Assembly: GCA_965206845.1 (NCBI GenBank)
Contig: OZ242221.1
Coordinates: forward strand, 1 to 64,000
Reading direction: 5' to 3'
DNA length: 64,000 bases
DNA from: Cenarchaeum sp.
GTDB taxonomy: Archaea > Thermoproteota > Nitrososphaeria > Nitrososphaerales > Nitrosopumilaceae
In this document: one piece after another, positions 27,524 through 37,025 of the stretch
How the letters are laid out: the number at the start of each line of letters is the position of its first letter
How positions within the stretch are numbered: the first letter of the stretch is position 1
Program-made: the position numbers and the translations under genes
The notes under the pieces: model-generated
What the model saw: the letters and a program-made list of their open reading frames with translations, nothing else
Told to the model about the DNA's origin: nothing
The model's database searches: none

Positions 27524-28453
27524 CTAGCATTGGTCCTTCCCGATCAAGTCCTCGTACGTGAGCCGCTTGCCGACCATACCGCGTACCAACGCCACCATCA
27601 TGTCCACGGTATCCATGCTCCTGACGTTGTGCCTCCCGGCGAACTCGTTGATGTATCGGGGCAGGTGTTTTTGAGAGAGGTGGTGGTACGTGCCGCCGTA
27701 TCCCCTGTCAAGCATTGACCAGAAAGACTCCAGCCCGTTGGTGTGCGCCATGCCGCGCACGTACTGGCCCGCAGAATGGTTCACCGATTCGTGGTCGTTC
27801 ATCCCCTTGTATGTGGGATTTTCGTCGGTGTATATCTTGGCATTATTTGCCTTGTGTTCGTCGATAAAGTGCGCCATCCTCGCCTTGGTGGCTTCTGGCA
27901 ACACCTCGACAGACACCTTGTTGGTGTCACGATCCTTTATGCCAATCATGGCCTTTTTGTTCTTGCCCTTCTTGTCCTTGTGCTTGTTTTTTTCCAATCC
28001 CCCGACGTACGTCTCGTCCACTTCTACCGGTCCCTTCATGTCGGACACCCTGGCCAGTGACTTCCAAGATTCGCGCAGTCTATGCACCATGAACCATGCC
28101 GATCTTTGCGTGATTCCAAGATCCCTGTGTATCTTCATCGAGGAGACGCCCTTGAGGTTGGTGGCAAACAGGTAAGTGACCATTGCCCAGTGCTGGTAGC
28201 TTATCCTTGAACGCTCCATGACGGTACCTACCTTCACGCTAAAGTACCTGCGGCAATCGACGCACCTGTACGGCATGGTCGGGTGTTTCGACAGCATCGT
28301 GTTGCCACTCCCACATAGCCCACACGTGCGCCCGTCCTTCCAGACGTTTGCTTCGAACCACTCTCTTGCCGTATCGTCATCTGGAAACATGCCATACAAA
28401 TCTGTCAGGGTCATCCCCTTGCGATTTGATTTTCCTGGTCCATGTCTGCCCAT
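27524..28453 (-). CDS. IS1595-family transposase (zinc ribbon + DDE_Tnp_IS1595)
   Basis: CGLCGS...CVDCRRYFSVKVGT, GITQRSAWFMVHRLR, VEVDETYVGG, IYTDE, VNHS, HTNGLESFWS, YINEFAGRHN. Probable left end near 28506; the other end was not found. Confidence 0.93.
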   Translation of the reverse strand: MGRHGPGKSNRKGMTLTDLYGMFPDDDTAREWFEANVWKDGRTCGLCGSGNTMLSKHPTMPYRCVDCRRYFSVKVGTVMERSRISYQHWAMVTYLFATNLKGVSSMKIHRDLGITQRSAWFMVHRLRESWKSLARVSDMKGPVEVDETYVGGLEKNKHKDKKGKNKKAMIGIKDRDTNKVSVEVLPEATKARMAHFIDEHKANNAKIYTDENPTYKGMNDHESVNHSAGQYVRGMAHTNGLESFWSMLDRGYGGTYHHLSQKHLPRYINEFAGRHNVRSMDTVDMMVALVRGMVGKRLTYEDLIGKDQC

Positions 28454-28728
28454 CTGGATATATGTTCACTTACCTTATTTAATGTGTACTCAGCGATATA
28501 AGCCCCTCCGAGTCCGTGACGTCTACCAGCACGTACTCCAGCGTGACGACGGGTCTCCCGCCAAGCGAGTCCTGTCTGCTGTCTATAAGCCTGAGATCCA
28601 TGCCAGCAGCCATCTCGGCACGAAGTTTCAGTATAAAAAGGCCCGAAAATCCGGAGAAAATCCATACCACTAATATGTTAGAGTCGGAAATTCCTATCGT
28701 TTTATAGTGGGTTTGCGTGTTGTTTTTC

Positions 28729-29367
28729 ATGGCGCCGTACCCATTGGCTCGCAGGGTGGAACGCCTGATGGCATTTCTGGTTGACATCGTAATAATCACG
28801 GTCATTCTGTTTGCCATAGAGGCGGCCGTGTTTGGCAGCCCGGACTACTACAGTGAGATGTATGGACTATTCTCGGATGAGTATGACGATACGGAATTCT
28901 CGGCCATGGATCTTGTCGGCGTGCCTCCGTATGGCCCAATTGCGTCTGCCGCAGAAGAAAACGACCAGCTTGAGGTTGCCATTGTAATTGCAATTGCCGA
29001 CATCATGACTGGCATACTGTCGCTTGAGTACCTGGTCTGCTTCGAGTGCCCAACCGATGTCGTGGTGCTTACCCTGCTCCCCTATGCAGTCACTTTGGCG
29101 TACTTTGCCGGCATGGAATGCGCCTTTATGACCACAATCGGCAGGCGCGCCCTGCGGCTCAGAGCTACAGGCATCGACGGCGAAAGGCCGTCAGTCCGCG
29201 GCACAATAATAAGCAACATCGGCAAGACGTTCATTCCAATAATCGACGTAATGCTCGGCCTGATATTTGCCAGGGAATCGCGCCAGAGGATATTCTCCAA
29301 GCGTGGTGGCGTCATTGTCGTGAAGGTTCCGGCAGCCAAGCGTGACAGGAAGTTCGAGCGTGACTGA
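28729..29367 (+). CDS. RDD-family membrane protein
   Basis: RLMAFLVD, TIGRRALRLR, RQRIF...VVKV; TTTATA 28 nt upstream of ATG 28729. Confidence 0.85.
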   Translation: MAPYPLARRVERLMAFLVDIVIITVILFAIEAAVFGSPDYYSEMYGLFSDEYDDTEFSAMDLVGVPPYGPIASAAEENDQLEVAIVIAIADIMTGILSLEYLVCFECPTDVVVLTLLPYAVTLAYFAGMECAFMTTIGRRALRLRATGIDGERPSVRGTIISNIGKTFIPIIDVMLGLIFARESRQRIFSKRGGVIVVKVPAAKRDRKFERD

Positions 29368-29490
29368 TTTCGGTGACGGCCAAGCTGCCGTTAAACGCGT
29401 TGTTACAAGCTGCCGTTCCACAGCACCTGACACAAATACCGATCCCTGGCTGCCATCTTTCGGCTATCGGGCGCCTGATGCCATCGTGGT

Positions 29491-29568
29491 TACGCTGTTC
29501 AATCTTCGGGGGTTTTCGCAGTTTTCATTCCTGAAAAAACCCAAAAGTCTCACGGATTGAACAGAGTA
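29491..29568. mobile_element. 78-bp mini-MITE D, copy 1
   Basis: TACGCTGTTCAATC...GATTGAACAGAGTA; inverted near-identical copy at 42543-42620; TA at both ends. Confidence 0.8.
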
Positions 29569-29699
29569 GTTTTTGACACCTTGGGAGATGGCAAGTCGGA
29601 GAGCCCGAAAAGACGTTGCAGTACCGGGCGGCAGGCGCCGGTAGCTTGCCGCCTCCAAGCCCATATAGGATTTAAAACACCTAAAACCGTGCCGGTGGT

Positions 29700-31058
29700 A
29701 TGGCAAAGAGGAGATTTCTCATAGCCGGAAGCGGCGGCCGTGAGGGCGCGTTTGCGCTTGCGCTCAGCAACGATTCTAGGGTACATGCGGTGATGGACCA
29801 TGCAAACCCCCTCATAATCAGATGCGTAAAAAATTCTGGCGGCTCCTATATGATAGGCAATGCGTCAGACCCTGAAACCGTGCTTGAGTTTGCCCAAAAA
29901 AATCACCGGATGGATTATGCCTTCATAAATTCCGACCAGCCGCTTGCCAACGGTGTTGTGGACAGGCTGCTTGAACGCGGCATCAAGACAATCGGGGCCA
30001 CGCGGGCCGCCGCCCGCATAGAATGGGACAAGGTATATTCCATGGATATGATGAACAGGGTTTGCCGGCGATTTACGCCGTTTTACAGGATCGTTCGGCG
30101 GCAGGATCAGGTTGTCGCCGCCGTTGCCGAGTTTGAACGGAAGGGTATGGGGATTGCCGTGAAGCCGCAGGGCCTTACCGGTGGCAAGGGGGTAAAGATA
30201 ATGCCCGAACACCTGCAAACGTATGACGACAGCATCGAATACGCCACCAACCTTCTTGAAACCAGGCACGGTGAAGGCGTTCTGCTCGTGGAACGGCTTG
30301 ACGGCATAGAGTTTACCATAATGGGAATCACGGACGGCGAGCATCTCGTCATCCCTCCCGCAAGCTATGACTATCCGTTCAGACATGAGGGCGACCGTGG
30401 GGCCGGGACCGGAGGAATGGGATGTTTTACAAATTCCGAAAAAAGGCTCCCGTTTATGAGCGAGCAGGATCTTGACGACTGCAGGCAGATAATGCAGAGG
30501 ATCATCGATGAGATGAGAAAGGCAGGAAGCCGCTTCAACGGCGTTCTCAACGGCGGATTCTTCAAGACACCGGCCGGCATCAAATTCATGGAGTTCAACG
30601 GCAGGTTCGGTGATCCTGAAGGATTGAACATACTGAGCATTTTGGAAACCTCCTTCTCGGATCTTCTCGTGCATATATGGAGCGGGACCCTTTCCGACAA
30701 GGCGGTCTCGTTTGCCAAAAAAGCAAGCGTCGTTAAGTACCTTGTGGCAAAAGAATATCCTGAAAAAAGCCCCGAACCGGTTACATTTGATATTGATGAG
30801 AAGGCCATTTCCGATCTTGATGTGAAAATATTCTTTGCGTCGTGCGAACGGCTAAAGGCCAGCACGTACACGACGCTCGGAAGATCCAGGGTTGTCGCAT
30901 TCAGCGCCACTGCCGACAGCATAGAGCAGGCCGCCGAACGTGTGAACATGGCGATAGACAACCACACAGTAGGCAATCTGGAATACAGACATGACATAGG
31001 CTCCAGGGAAAATCTTGAAAAACTGAACCAAACAGTTCGAGAATGGCGGTCAGCCTGA
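29700..31058 (+). CDS. purD: phosphoribosylamine--glycine ligase (PurD)-like ATP-grasp enzyme, divergent
   Basis: GSGGRE, AARIEWDK, VKPQGLTGGKGV, ERLDGIEF, TGGMG, EFNGRFGDPE, YRHDIG; several substrate-binding motifs are altered (see findings). Confidence 0.75.
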   Translation: MAKRRFLIAGSGGREGAFALALSNDSRVHAVMDHANPLIIRCVKNSGGSYMIGNASDPETVLEFAQKNHRMDYAFINSDQPLANGVVDRLLERGIKTIGATRAAARIEWDKVYSMDMMNRVCRRFTPFYRIVRRQDQVVAAVAEFERKGMGIAVKPQGLTGGKGVKIMPEHLQTYDDSIEYATNLLETRHGEGVLLVERLDGIEFTIMGITDGEHLVIPPASYDYPFRHEGDRGAGTGGMGCFTNSEKRLPFMSEQDLDDCRQIMQRIIDEMRKAGSRFNGVLNGGFFKTPAGIKFMEFNGRFGDPEGLNILSILETSFSDLLVHIWSGTLSDKAVSFAKKASVVKYLVAKEYPEKSPEPVTFDIDEKAISDLDVKIFFASCERLKASTYTTLGRSRVVAFSATADSIEQAAERVNMAIDNHTVGNLEYRHDIGSRENLEKLNQTVREWRSA

Positions 31059-31241
31059 ATCAACGGCAGGGATCATCCATTGGCCGGTTCGCCGCTGTTG
31101 GGCTGCCGGATGGCGGCGACAAAATCAAATATTATGACCGCCATAACGAATCATGCCGGGATTCGACAAACCGGCAGGCAATGCCTGACGGTTCAAGATG
31201 CTTCCGGGCATCCCGTCGCCACTCCGGTGGTCACGCGAGTT

Positions 31242-31548
31242 GTCTGCTAAATCTTGGTGACCTGCCATGTGGTATTAAATCGGTGACCTGCCACGGGGAT
31301 CAGCGTTAAGAGTAGGTGACCTGACAGAATCGGCGGCCTAGTGGGACAAAAAGAGAGAGGGATCAGATGGTGGCCTCGGCCCTGGCCGCCGCCCGAATCA
31401 CGGTCTTTCGCTTGCTGCTGCCCTCGATCTTGATGCCGGCCGCCTCGCTTGAGGTCTGGCCGTCCGACAGTCCAGGGACTTGATTCGTAATTAGCACTTA
31501 GGCACAAAATAGCTAGATTTTTGGTACAATCACGTAGAATTTGCTTAT
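31242..31548. repeat. dispersed repeat B, copy 1 (IS6-like transposase 3' remnant with multi-site end, fused to an ISL2-like left end)
   Basis: Highly similar to 42631-42911; TTAA-N-GGTGACC motifs; contains TGATTCGTAATTAGC as at 23270. Confidence 0.8.
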
Positions 31549-31923
31549 TTCCAAGTTGGAAAAAAACGCCATTTAAAGGAAGTTCTGGTCGCTTATGATA
31601 CAATTGTCATACTGGTTTGGGCTCTGCGGGTCGTCATATGTGGCCGGATCCGTGTCTGGAACCTGAGATGCATGCCAGATGCCGTGTGTGTCGGGTCTGG
31701 CATGGCCGTCCAGCGTCCGCGATGTTGCCATGACGCGGTCATTCCGGCGTGAATGTGGCATTTTAGTACACTGCTTAACGGATCTGGTAAGGCCCTGCCC
31801 GAGATTTTAGCGGTAGCGGGTGTCATATCGCCACCCATAGCCGGCCCGAGGGTCGACCATGGGCAGCGGCATGGCGCCCGTTGCCGTTAAAATTTCGCAT
31901 AAGGCCTTACCACCTCCTCCTAG
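31548..31923 (+). repeat. repeat A + hairpin C, copy 2
   Basis: Only five transitions seen relative to 12698-13073; ends at the same CCTCCTAG but without IS630. Confidence 0.9.
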
Positions 31924-32064
31924 GATGCCCGCTTCGGAGAAGATCCCGGAATCCATCCAAGTCTCTGTCATGCCTCTTAGACCAGTCGTGTCTCTATGTG
32001 TGAGATCTGTGGTAGTCTCATCGAATCCCGCGTGGCGCATCCGTTGTATGACAGAGGACAATCT

Positions 32065-33909
32065 CTAGTCGCCGGAGGGGCGCATGGAACGCAGCTTGCG
32101 CTGATACGGGTACGTGAGGGCAAACGGCTTGCCGTCTTGGCCGTCTTGCAGCGCGCCCATGTTTTTCAGGTATCTCATCTCTTCCTCGGTCAGTCTCCTG
32201 AAGGTCTCTATGCCCTTCTTGCTTTCGTCAATGGAGGGATCGCCGTCCACGACGGCAAACTTTTCGTATACCGATCTTGCAAGTGGGTTCTTCTCTTCTT
32301 CCCTTATGCCGGCCAGTATGCCAGAGAGGGCGGTGCTGTCCGCCTGGACCGCCACGTTGTTGTTGGGCTGCACGAACACCTCAAAATTTCTTACCATTAT
32401 GGGTATAACAAATGGCTGGTGTGATGTCCACATGTAGCTCTTTCCCCTGATCGGCTCGTTGAGTATCTGCGTGATGATATCCTTGGAGTAGTGCGCGTTA
32501 GCGTTGGACAGAGAGACGAGATCCGTCCTGCTGAGCAGATGGAACACGAAGAAGTTGTCCCCCTGGCTCACGATGTCGGTGGGTATGCTTCCGGGTTGCT
32601 GTGTTATGAATATGCCGCCAAGGTTGTACTTTCTGCCCTCCTTTGCAAGGTCCACAAATGCAGACGGGGCAGAGGATCCGTCCCTTCCGCCAAGCACGCT
32701 GTGCGCCTCTTCTAGCACGAAGGTTGCCTTGATAAGATCCGTTCCGCCGTGCTTGATGAAGTTTTCTTTGTTCCGGTTGAAGATCCTCGTGACTATCATG
32801 GAACTCAACCAGCGCGCGGTCTGGGAGTCCAGCCGCGATATGTCAAATACCACCACCATGCCACGGTGCAGCGCCTGCTCGATTATCTGTATGGCCTTTG
32901 AGTCCGGATCGTGTATGCTGCTTATCGAGGGCACGAGGTTGTTCAGTATGGGTTTTATGTCCACCTCGGACGGTTCCCTCAAGGAGCCGCCCGTAACGAT
33001 CTCGTTTATCTTGCCGTAGTCTGCCGACCACCCATCCCTGTGAAGGAGGTCCACCAGAGCGGGCCACCTCTCCTGCTTCATGCCCATCAGCTTCCCGAAG
33101 AAGACCATCTCGTGCTTGACAGGGCTTACCAGCAACGGTATTATCATCTTGTGGGGCAGCTCTGCCAAGTTTACCTTGTTGTTCCGGTAGACGTTTGCAA
33201 GGGATTCGTTCATCTTCTGGTTGGTGATGAGGATGGCCTCCCTCACGTCCATGATGCCGGGCCTTCCCTCCTTGTCAGTCACGGCGTACTCGCCGTCTTG
33301 GTCAAACACTAGCAGTCCCCCGTTTGCGCTGCCCCATTCCTTGCATATTATCTTCATCAGGTTGCTCTTTCCGTACCCGGCTCTTGCAAACACGAACGTC
33401 CTCTTTGAGTTGAGCCTGCTTTCGTCGAACATTATCGGGATGCTCTCGTCCATGATGTAGTGGCCTATGTGCACGCCATCGCTCTGCTCTTTGAGCGCCC
33501 TGCTTATGATGGTCTGCAGGTTGCTCCTCGTCGGCAGCCTGACCTTGCTCGTGATCTGGGGTATTCTCTTGAGTCCGGCGGTAAAGGTGCCCCCTTCTAT
33601 AGAGCCCAGCACCTTTATCCTGACCTTGTAGGTTATCTTGCTCTTCTTTATGTCGTGGCCGATCTCGTCGATGGCCCCCTGGGAGGCGATCTCGCTCAGC
33701 CACTTCTCGCCCATGGCGGTGGTAAACTCGCCGCTGGGCGAATAGTCCATTACTCTAGCCACTATGTTTTCGTTCACGTTCTGGACTAGTAGGAGCGTCC
33801 CGATCTCGAGCTGGAAGTCGGGCCTGTACGGCGCGATTATCTTTGCCACATACTCGTACAGCGAGCTCTCAAGGCCAGTGAACACGCCCACCACATCGTC
33901 GTCCGTCAT
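32065..33909 (-). CDS. HerA-like ATPase (HAS barrel + DUF87)
   Basis: N-terminal EIGTLLLV...IVARVMD barrel, Walker A variant FARAGYGKSN, VFDQDGEY, Walker B FVLEEAH, KEGRKYNLGGIFITQQP. Confidence 0.9.
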   Translation of the reverse strand: MTDDDVVGVFTGLESSLYEYVAKIIAPYRPDFQLEIGTLLLVQNVNENIVARVMDYSPSGEFTTAMGEKWLSEIASQGAIDEIGHDIKKSKITYKVRIKVLGSIEGGTFTAGLKRIPQITSKVRLPTRSNLQTIISRALKEQSDGVHIGHYIMDESIPIMFDESRLNSKRTFVFARAGYGKSNLMKIICKEWGSANGGLLVFDQDGEYAVTDKEGRPGIMDVREAILITNQKMNESLANVYRNNKVNLAELPHKMIIPLLVSPVKHEMVFFGKLMGMKQERWPALVDLLHRDGWSADYGKINEIVTGGSLREPSEVDIKPILNNLVPSISSIHDPDSKAIQIIEQALHRGMVVVFDISRLDSQTARWLSSMIVTRIFNRNKENFIKHGGTDLIKATFVLEEAHSVLGGRDGSSAPSAFVDLAKEGRKYNLGGIFITQQPGSIPTDIVSQGDNFFVFHLLSRTDLVSLSNANAHYSKDIITQILNEPIRGKSYMWTSHQPFVIPIMVRNFEVFVQPNNNVAVQADSTALSGILAGIREEEKNPLARSVYEKFAVVDGDPSIDESKKGIETFRRLTEEEMRYLKNMGALQDGQDGKPFALTYPYQRKLRSMRPSGD

Positions 33910-35006
33910 GCCCCGCCTCCCAGGGATCCCTTTGAGACTGCCTCGTCAAGAATGGCCGAGTTCCGTATGTATTCTGCCAGCGACGGATCGGATCTCTCCA
34001 CCAGCCCCTTGATTATGTTGTCGTATAGCATGGATGCGGATATTCCAAGTCCCGCTGCGGACTCGTGTGCCCGCATTATGGTCTGCGGGTATCCCATCAC
34101 GGGGTAGGCGTACATCGCGTCTTTTGCAAGGTAGCTCATTATCTCTGTCACCTCGGATTCAGAATAGACGCACCGTCCGTCGGTCCCTTGGGGCAGCTCC
34201 ACCGTGACGAACAGGTTCTTGCTGCGCGAGAGCTTTGCTATGTACAAGTCGCCAAGCGCGTAGGCTAGGCGTGTCGGCACTCCCGGCCGGAGTCTGGTCG
34301 TCGGGCTCCACTTGTACGCCATGTTCTCCACATCCAGCGGGATTCTGATGTACCCGGCTTGATCCGGAGGGAAGATCCTTTCGCATGCCAGCGCGGCATG
34401 CAGCAGGAACGCTATCTTTGACGTCTTTGCCACGCCCACCACGCGCACGTGACTCCTGTTCCTGCGGAGGCAGTCGATCATGCGCGGGATGAGCTCGTCT
34501 CTTATCTTCCTGGTGCGCAAGAGCCCGTCCTTGAGTATTATGGATTTGCTGTCCTTGGGAGCCCTCTCCACTGCGTCAAATATGCACGCGAACTCGGCAA
34601 TCTCCATTAGGGTTCCCTTGGCAGTCAGGAACCTCGAGGTGTCTCTGAGCGATCTTGCACCCAGCATGTCAAGGAACCCCCGCATGATGGGGTCCGCATC
34701 CAGATCAGCCAGGATCTCGCCGGTGTCTTCGTCTTCGAGATCCCCGACGGGGGCCGCAAAATTCATCCTCACGTTTCCGTTGGAGTCTGCCACCTTGACC
34801 ACCTCGAACTCGAAGGGCTCAAGGCGCAGGTTGAACCTTCCTCCGTCAAACGACTTGAACGTCATGGGGATGTACGAGCCGGCAGGCTCTATCGGGACGA
34901 ACTCCAGCTTCCTGACCCTCTCCCTGAGAGCGCTCATCTTCCTTATTTGGTTCTCCTGCAGGCGTTCAAGGTTCGCGACACCGCGAGAATCATAGTCGAG
35001 GTTCAA
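33906..35006 (-). CDS. NurA-like nuclease (RNase H-like fold)
   Basis: SFDGG, LMEIAE, ILKDGLL, VGVAKTS, GYPQTIMRAHE in NurA motif order; ATGA overlap with the HerA start. Start reassigned to TTG 35006 (TTTTAA about 25 nt upstream). Confidence 0.75.
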   Translation of the reverse strand: MNLDYDSRGVANLERLQENQIRKMSALRERVRKLEFVPIEPAGSYIPMTFKSFDGGRFNLRLEPFEFEVVKVADSNGNVRMNFAAPVGDLEDEDTGEILADLDADPIMRGFLDMLGARSLRDTSRFLTAKGTLMEIAEFACIFDAVERAPKDSKSIILKDGLLRTRKIRDELIPRMIDCLRRNRSHVRVVGVAKTSKIAFLLHAALACERIFPPDQAGYIRIPLDVENMAYKWSPTTRLRPGVPTRLAYALGDLYIAKLSRSKNLFVTVELPQGTDGRCVYSESEVTEIMSYLAKDAMYAYPVMGYPQTIMRAHESAAGLGISASMLYDNIIKGLVERSDPSLAEYIRNSAILDEAVSKGSLGGGA

Positions 35007-35048
35007 TATGGGCGTGATGTGGGCTTGTCTTAAAAATGGCACGGTGCC

Positions 35049-35460
35049 ATAGTGAGGATCATAGATTCGCGCAAAACGATGCCGCTTTTCTGTTGACAAG
35101 TTTGAGCAGATCCGGATTAAACCTGGCGGTCCTGTAATGTATGGAGGCGGCTCTGCACATGTCTGCGAAGGTTTCATAATATTCCGAGACGGGTAGGATC
35201 TGCTTCCCTTGGAGCCAGCACTTCTCCATTGCGTTGAGGTACAGTGATCTTTTGGGAAGGTATATGATCTTGCTGTTCTTGTTTTCTCGTAACAGTTCCT
35301 TGACACGTTTTGCACAGTGGGAGGGATCCCATTCATTACCACCACCTTTCCAAAATGTCTCTGCATCTCCCTAAGGTAGAGGATGAAGCTCGGTTCATAG
35401 GATCATGCTCAATATACTTTCCGGGTGGGCACTTTCATCTCCATGAACATAGTTTCTTAG
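35049..35460 (-). pseudogene. IS630 transposase C-terminal remnant
   Basis: FILYLREMQRHFGKVVV, then after a frameshift HCAKRVKELLRENKNSKIIYLPKRSLYLNAMEKCW...VSEYYETF; ends in GATCCTCACTAT, similar to the IS630 IRR at ~14170. Confidence 0.8.
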
Positions 35461-35655
35461 CTATAGCGGCACAGATCTGTTCGGGTCAAGCAGAATACAA
35501 TTTTTTTCCGATCGAGCTGCGAATCTAGTCCATGTTTTGCTTGGGATACCGCAACGATGCTGCACCTGATGCAGCACACAGTAGGCCGAGACGTCGATTG
35601 GTAGGTTCTATTACGAGGCGTGCAACTGACACACCACGGCTTTGCGCTTTTCAAC

Positions 35656-36657
35656 TCAGGGAAAATCTTCATCGACGTAGAACCGCTGTATCTTTGCGTT
35701 GTTATAATATTGATGAAGCGCCTGTTTGTGGTCTGTACCTAATGTGTACAACGAGTTGCTCAGCCCATTCATCTTAGTCCGGTACTCCTCGTTACGCTCG
35801 ATGAGTTTTTCGATGTATTGTTTAGGCGGCAGATTTCCCAGCTTACGGCAGTTGCACGTTTGACACGACAGCACAAGGTTCCACAACTCCGTCTCATGCA
35901 TGTAATCAAACGGAAGGACGTGATCCACATGTATCTTGACATTCTTCAGGGATCTCTGGCAGTAAAAGCACTCGGTAGCGAATGGTTCCAGACATTTCTT
36001 AAACCTGCTTTGGTTACGAACTCCTGACATGGCCATCACTTTACTCGTCAAATGTGGCGTTCCAAAGTTGATCGTCTCTAGGAACCTGACCCAATACATG
36101 ATGACAGTGCTGTAGAGTATCCCGTAATTTCGCTTGAAAAAGTCCATCGCGCGCGGGTTGAGTAGGATGCCTCCGTGCTTGTCTATGCGAGCATTGTTGG
36201 CCTTGTCGTTGTACTTGATGGACAAGTAGTCGTAGAATATCTTGGTTTCAGCCTTTCCTCTCACTTTCTGAAACCTGTGTATGACATTGCCGAAGCAGTG
36301 TCTGGTGATTTCTCTCTCACAATTTTCTATCTTCCGTGGAAATTTATGCCTAATGTCCGCAAATGTGTTAGGGTATTGTGACTTGTCAAACTCCGCACGT
36401 ATTATGGATATTATTTGCGGTGTTTGGTGCGGCGGTCCCTGCCGCAGCTTCGACTTGCATTCTTGGGGCCAGTAGTATTTGAGGAAGTACGGTGCGATTT
36501 CTCTGTACCGTACACGGCGTTCGGCACTGGAATAGCTGTAATCAAGAAGGAACCGGGCAAGTGCAAACTTGTACGTGTTGTTCTTACTTTGGTTTGACTC
36601 CATTATCCCCATGAATGTAGCCAGAAATTCCTTGTCTTCGTAGTTTGCGAATTCCAA
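35656..36657 (-). CDS. HNH endonuclease with N-terminal TYKFAL domain
   Basis: CFYC...HVDHVLP...NLVLSCQTCNCRK; N-terminal NTYKFALARFLL. Start reassigned to TTG 36657 because the upstream extension runs through hairpin C. Confidence 0.88.
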   Translation of the reverse strand: MEFANYEDKEFLATFMGIMESNQSKNNTYKFALARFLLDYSYSSAERRVRYREIAPYFLKYYWPQECKSKLRQGPPHQTPQIISIIRAEFDKSQYPNTFADIRHKFPRKIENCEREITRHCFGNVIHRFQKVRGKAETKIFYDYLSIKYNDKANNARIDKHGGILLNPRAMDFFKRNYGILYSTVIMYWVRFLETINFGTPHLTSKVMAMSGVRNQSRFKKCLEPFATECFYCQRSLKNVKIHVDHVLPFDYMHETELWNLVLSCQTCNCRKLGNLPPKQYIEKLIERNEEYRTKMNGLSNSLYTLGTDHKQALHQYYNNAKIQRFYVDEDFP

Positions 36658-36716
36658 TATGTGGTAGGTATGCCACACGTTTACAAAAAGATTGCCACAT
36701 CTATAGTGACACGCAA

Positions 36717-36840
36717 AAGACCTTATGCGAAGTTTTAACGGTAGCGGATGCCATATCACCACCCATAGCTGGTTCAAGGGTCGACCACGGGCAGCGGCAT
36801 GGTGTCCGCTACCGCTAAAATTTCGCACAAGGTCTTACCA
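36717..36840. mobile_element. hairpin C, diverged copy 3
   Basis: AAGACCTTATGCGAAGTTTTAACGGTAGCGG...CCGCTACCGCTAAAATTTCGCACAAGGTCTTACCA. Confidence 0.75.
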
Positions 36841-37025
36841 ACCCCTATTTAAGACCAGCATCAAATACCACCAAATGCCTTCTAACCGTTTCTGTAGTTT
36901 TTTCAAATGCTCGAGACATGGCTCTCAATGATGGTTTGGCGGACGCTGGTATATTTTCTCTACTGTGAGCCCCTCATTCTCAGGCATAAAACGGTTTAAA
37001 TAAAGAAAATCTGATAAATATCAAT

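Noticed and set aside
35007-35366. N-terminal 120 aa of the 486-aa ORF as part of the NurA-like protein
   Set aside because: This stretch is an IS630 remnant read largely out of frame; a TATA-like element and TTG at 35006 give a better start.
36717-36840. Hairpin C as an integron attC site
   Set aside because: TTTTAAC/GTTAAAA only loosely resemble RYYYAAC/GTTRRRY and lie inside longer arms. No integron integrase and no regular one-site-per-gene array were seen.
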